Source of the DNA: Octopus vulgaris
Taxonomy: Eukaryota
Assembly (NCBI GenBank): GCA_951406725.2
Contig: OX597838.1
Coordinates: 28,954,001-29,018,000, forward strand
Direction of reading: 5' to 3'
Length of the DNA: 64,000 nt
Position numbers and translations under genes: made by a program. This document shows, piece after piece, positions 58,796 through 64,000 of this stretch (its first letter is position 1; each line of letters opens with the position of its first letter). The notes beneath the pieces were generated by a model. That model was not told where the DNA came from. It ran no database searches and was given only the letters and a program-made list of their open reading frames with translations.

Positions 58796-58884
58796 TAGAT
58801 ACATGTGCTATATATATCTATATCTATATCTATATACATATATATATATACTATACACATATAGATACATGTGCTATATATATG

Positions 58885-58938
<54 letters not shown>

Positions 58939-59242
58939 AACCTAAATATCTTTCTTTGTATCCGATACTTCAATACCTTCTCTCTCTTTCTGTGTTTCTC
59001 TCTCCCTCTTTCCTGTCTCTGTATCTCTTTTTCTTTTCTTGTCTTTCTGCCTCTCTCTTTCTCTCTCTCTCTCTCTCTCTGTCTGTCTCTCTCTGTCTCC
59101 CCCTCTCTCTCTTCTGTTTCTCTTTCTTCCGTTTCCAATAGAAAATGATCGGAGATCAACCAGTGCGACTATTATCAACTGATACGGCAAACCCGCCTCA
59201 CCACCACCGCCCCCTTTCACCGCCACCGCCACCACTACCTCT

Positions 59243-59278
<36 letters not shown>

Positions 59279-59284
59279 TTCACC

Positions 59285-59392
59285 GCCTCCGCCGCCTCTG
59301 TCGCCTCCGCCGCCTCTGTCGCCTCCGCCGCCTCTGTCGCCTCCGCCGCCTCTGTCGCCTCCGCCGCCTCTGTCGCCTCCGCTGCCGCCTAC
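59285..59392. repeat. 18-bp tandem repeat CCTCCGCCGCCTCTGTCG, about 5-6 copies
   Basis: Direct reading. Confidence 0.9.
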
Positions 59393-59964
59393 GTCGTCGT
59401 CATAATTGCCTCTACACAGTTATTCCACCTGCTAAAAATAGCCGCTTAATCTCACCCACACCTCAGGCTAGTGGTGGATCTCCAGAGTCCGACGATGAAG
59501 CTTCAATTAATTGTTCTGTCAAATGAATTCCCTGCCTCTGAATTAACGCCTAAGTGGATGAGTGCTCCATAGACAATTCTAGTCAAAGCGTAATTCTAAG
59601 ACAAAACCGGCATGATGCAATACGTGACAAGTTGGTGTCTGTTTGAATTGCAGGTACGATCCATCTAAAGGGCTTCCGTACAGTTTCCATCCATCTACTA
59701 CGTTTCACTGACAAAATACGGGTTAACCAGAAAATATAGAAAATGATAATTGTCCAAGATGCCACGCTGTGGGATCGAACCTGGAACCTCGCTGCTGCTA
59801 AGCGAAGTTCCCAGCCAATTAACCAAAATGCACCGTTTACTCATAGACTACAATTTACAAGGAAGATACATTTAATATGTAATGTCATGACTAAGTCAGC
59901 TGGTTCAGGACTGACCTGGTGTTAAACAACAACAGGATCCAGGGCAGCATCTAAGAAGGTTGTT

Positions 59965-60150
59965 CGACATGCTAAACATAGCAGCCAAATGTTTCTTAAA
60001 GCACACTTTACCGTCTTAAACAAGACAGGAAGTATTGGTCTAAGAGCTTGTCTGTCCGACATGCTAAACATAGCAGCCAAATGTTTCTAAAAGCACACTT
60101 TACCGTCTTAAACAAGCCAGGAAGTATTGGTCTAAGAGCTTGTCTGTCCG
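59965..60150. repeat. 92-bp tandem duplication
   Basis: CGACATGCTAAACATAGC.. at 59965 and 60057. Confidence 0.92.
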
Positions 60151-60748
60151 TTGCTTCCGAAGATGGCCGAGACTTTGTCAGAGCTGAGGAAATGGCGACG
60201 CAGGTAACCGGATATTCATGATTGCTCTCGCCTACTATTTCCTCGTCGTTTGTGAAGAAACTACACAAGAGGCGCATGAGACACCAATCACCGAAGAGGC
60301 GCATGAGACAACAACGACCGCAACGAAAATTTGAAGGTTTTGTAGTGACGTCATATTCCAGTGTGCGCACACGCAACGTCATTCTTCAGTGTGCGTGTGC
60401 GGAACGTCCTTCTTCAGTGTGCGTGTGCGGGGTTGGAACCTTCTGGAACCTTCTGGAAAGGCATAAGGAAGTTCCCTCATGCACATGCGCTAGAGACTGA
60501 AGAATAAATTCCATAGCGTTCCTTAATAGCATCGGGGACTTGAGACACGGCGATAGAAGAGAAAGGACGTATATTTTGAAACCTGTGATCAGCCTATTCT
60601 CCTGTCCCAGACGCTTAGGATTTAACCTGTTCTATTGCTGCTGAATTGTTGTGAAGCTTACAAACGTTTGAATTCAGCCTTGCTGCGTTGAACTAGGTGG
60701 ATACCAGCATACCATCGTGTTTCATTGTTGAACCAAGAAAATAAAGTA

Positions 60749-61136
60749 TCTCTCTATATATAAACGGCAGTTTGTCTGTGCGTGTTTCTGTGTGTCTGTT
60801 TTCTCGTACCCTCACCCTGACCACGGCTTTCAACCGATTCTGATGAAACTTGACACACACATAGCCCAATGTCATAATTCAAAACTAACGCAGCGAAAAT
60901 TTTGAAAAGTTAACCCCAGTTCTGAAAAAAATCGATAAATTCGACATGGGGTCGAGAATCAAAAAAAACAAACCACAGACTGTCTAGGGGACGCAACTCA
61001 ACCTTTTTTTACTCTCAAAAAAAAATTTACCATAATTTTTTTTCCATTTTTTTGCTATTTTTTGGCTATAACTCTCTAAAAATGCTTTATAGTTATTTCC
61101 CTTACAAACCTGAGCAACGCCGGGCGATACTGCTAG
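60749..61136 (+). mobile_element. Non-autonomous Helitron
   Basis: A|TC(TC)TATATATAAA 5' end; subterminal hairpin CCTGAGC-AAC-GCCGGG at 61109-61124; CTAG|T 3' end; no TSD. Confidence 0.82.
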
Positions 61137-62423
61137 TTATATATATTTTTAAACTTGCTTTTCGTTCCTGACTGGTAGTTTCTAGAAACAAAAAGAAAGG
61201 AAATTGTGTTGCACCCAAGTTGCACCCCAAAAGTGTAAAGAAGCAACCAGTTCCCTTTACAGTTTGTTGGAAGTTTGGAGAAATTCGAGCCTTGATTCGC
61301 ACCGAATTTGGATTAGAGTGAGGGTAGAAGGGTAGGATAACACTGATTGACTAACATCAGTCCATTCTTTCGTCCTCAATCTCCAGGGCCTGACGGAGAT
61401 GAAAGATGCAATATAAAGCAATGACCGGGGTAATCCCCATGTCTCGCCGCTATATACACCTACACCCCGGGAAATCCCTACTTCAAGATAACGCTTACCC
61501 GTTTCACAGCATACCCAACCAGGGGACATAAATACGAACCTAATCATCAAGTCCTTTTTCGTTTCACCACCTTTTTTCACAGCAGCCGCTGACCTGTTGT
61601 GTTAATCCACCTCCGACAATAGAGAACAGTTGCCATAGTGAAGTTGCTGGATATCGCATTTTTCTGTCCATTGAAACTCGGCCGTTTGACCGTTTGACTA
61701 TTTGACTATTTGACGACCAATGGGTGGGTCTTCTGCGCGGTGTTTGCTGGACAGCAAGGGGCCAGATGCGAACGTAGTGTCACGATCCCTTAAGGAATTT
61801 TATCGGGAGTTTAAGATTTCTTGTTTTTCTGTCAGTTTGGATTAGTCGGAGTGGCTAAATTTGTAGGTGGAGCCACATGTGGGAGCTGGGCAAGCACTAG
61901 ATAGAAATCAGTATCAGACGAGCTCGAGTTGTCCTCATACGTCTACTTACGCAGGATATATTCATTGATGGTCATAGCTGGAACGCCGTTGATCTGGATT
62001 GTTAGTCCAAGGCTGATACAAGGGGTTAAACCAACAAACAACCTCGTAAACACTTTCAGCATCACCACCACCACTCCCACCATTCTCACCACCACCACCA
62101 CCAAAACCACCGCCACAAACAGGACCACCACGACCACTAAGATGACGACGATGACCACCACCACCACCACCACCACCACCACACTACAACTACCACCACT
62201 ACCTCTACTACTACTGAGACACGGATTAATCCGCAGCATGGGTCTCTTCTTTTCTCCGTCACCGGCTCAAGCGGGACGAGCCGGAAAGGCGCGTGAAATA
62301 AAGCAGATAATTGAAAGGAAACAAGAGGAGGAAGATTATGGAGATGCAATGCTGATGAGGATGGAGGCAGAAGAAGATGAAGAGGTAGAAATAAAGAAGA
62401 CAGAAGCGTGTGTGTTATTCGAT

Positions 62424-62480
<57 letters not shown>

Positions 62481-62502
62481 CATACGTACATACATACATG
62501 CA

Positions 62503-62562
<60 letters not shown>

Positions 62563-62565
<3 letters not shown>

Positions 62566-62748
62566 CTCTTTTACTCTTTTACAGGTTTCAGTCCTTTGAC
62601 TGAGGCCATGCTGGAGCATTGCCTTTAGTCGAAGAAATCGACCCCAGGATTTATTCTATGTAAGCCTAGTACTTATTCCATGGGTCTCTTCTGCTGATCC
62701 GTTAAGATAAACACACCAACATCGGTTGTCAAGCGATGGTGGGGAGAC

Positions 62749-62830
<82 letters not shown>

Positions 62831-63010
62831 TCATGTACATATACACACGACGGGCTTCTTTCAGTTTCCGTCTACCAAATCCTCTCACAAGTCTTTGGTC
62901 GGCCCGAGGCTATAGTAGAAGACACTTGCCCAAGGTGTCATGCAGTGGGACTGAACCCGGAACCATGTGGTTGGGAAGCAAGCTTCTTACCACACAGCAC
63001 ACCTGCGCCT
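62563..63010 (-). mobile_element. SINE family A
   Basis: Near-full copy with internal (CA)n. Confidence 0.9.
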
Positions 63011-63018
63011 TATATATA

Positions 63019-63222
63019 TACAAGGGAGTGCTAAAAAATTCCTGGCTTTAAGGGTACCGCGGAAGGCTTGATTGGAGGCCCAACCTTCTGAGTTCTTTTA
63101 CATGGTTTAGAAAAACTGAGGGACCACTGCAATAAGTGTGTGAATTTGAGAGGGGTATATGTTGATTAAAATCATAATTAACTGATCCTCCTGTATTTTC
63201 CTTTACACCCAAAGCCAAGAAC
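63019..63222 (+). mobile_element. Internally deleted mariner (MITE-like)
   Basis: TA-CAAGGGAGTGCTAAAAAATTCCTGGCTTT left end; partial inverse AAAGCCAAGAAC at 63211-63222; encodes GLEKLRDHCNKCVNLRGVYVD*, a mariner-like C-terminus. Confidence 0.72.
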
Positions 63223-63232
63223 ATATATATAT

Positions 63233-64000
63233 AGGTGCAGGAGTGGTTCTGTGGTAAGTAGCTTGCTTATCAACCACATGGTTCCGGGTTCAGTCCCACT
63301 GAGTGGCACCGTGGGCAAGTGTCTTCTACTATAGCCTCGGGCCGTCCAAAGCCTTGTGAGTGGATTTGGTAGACGGAAACTGAAAGAAGCCCGTCATATG
63401 TATACTCTTTTACTTGTTTCAGTCATTTGACTGCGGCCATGCTGGAGCACCGCCTTTAGTCGAGCAAATCGACCCCGGGACTTATTCTTTGTAAGCCCAG
63501 TACTTATTCTATCGGTCTCTTTTGCCGAACCGCTAAGTGACGGGGACGTAAACACACCAGCATCGGTTGTCAAGCAATGCTAGGGGGACAAACACAGACA
63601 CACACATACACACACATATATATATATATATACGACAAGCTTCTTTCAGTTTCCGTCTACCAAATCCACTCACAAGGCATTGGTCGGCCCGGGGATATAG
63701 CAGAAGACACTTGCCCAAGATGCCACGCAGTGGGACTGAACCCGGAACCATGTGGTTGGCTAGCAAGCTACTTACCACACAGTCACTCCTGCGCCTATAT
63801 ATATATAAATAAATAAATGAATATATGTATATTATGCTTGTGTGTCTGTGTTTGCCCCCCCCCCCCAACATCACTTGACAGCCGATGCTGGTGTGTCAAG
63901 GCCCCGTAACTTAGCAGTTCGGTAAAAGAGTCCGATAGAATAAGTACTGAGCTTACAAAGAATAAGTCGATTTGTTCGACTAAAGGCGATGTTACAGCAT
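63233..64000. mobile_element. Nested SINE A copies: + 5' half (63233-63396), full - copy (63403-63795), + 3' half (63836-64000)
   Basis: Minus copy lies in the internal microsatellite of a plus copy. Confidence 0.88.

Overview
Repeat-saturated, AT-rich animal genomic DNA. The SINE types, Dong/R4 LINEs and microsatellite density suggest an octopus or other coleoid cephalopod (inference, not verified). I can support no intact host protein-coding gene; nearly all ORFs in the track are translations of microsatellites. Recognisable content: one tRNA-Val(CAC) gene with a Pol III terminator; a near-complete U6 snRNA retrocopy fused to a SINE/LINE-type 3' tail; at least four tRNA-derived SINE families (labelled A-D here), several with target-site duplications (TSDs) and two as head-to-tail arrays; two Dong/R4-type RLE LINE fragments inside (TAA)n; a HERO-like LINE 3' end; two mariner remnants; and a non-autonomous Helitron. 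Most notable are seven minimal type-I hammerhead-ribozyme folds of the Penelope/retrozyme kind, one lying downstream of a tRNA-like Pol III head, plus two core-deleted remnants.
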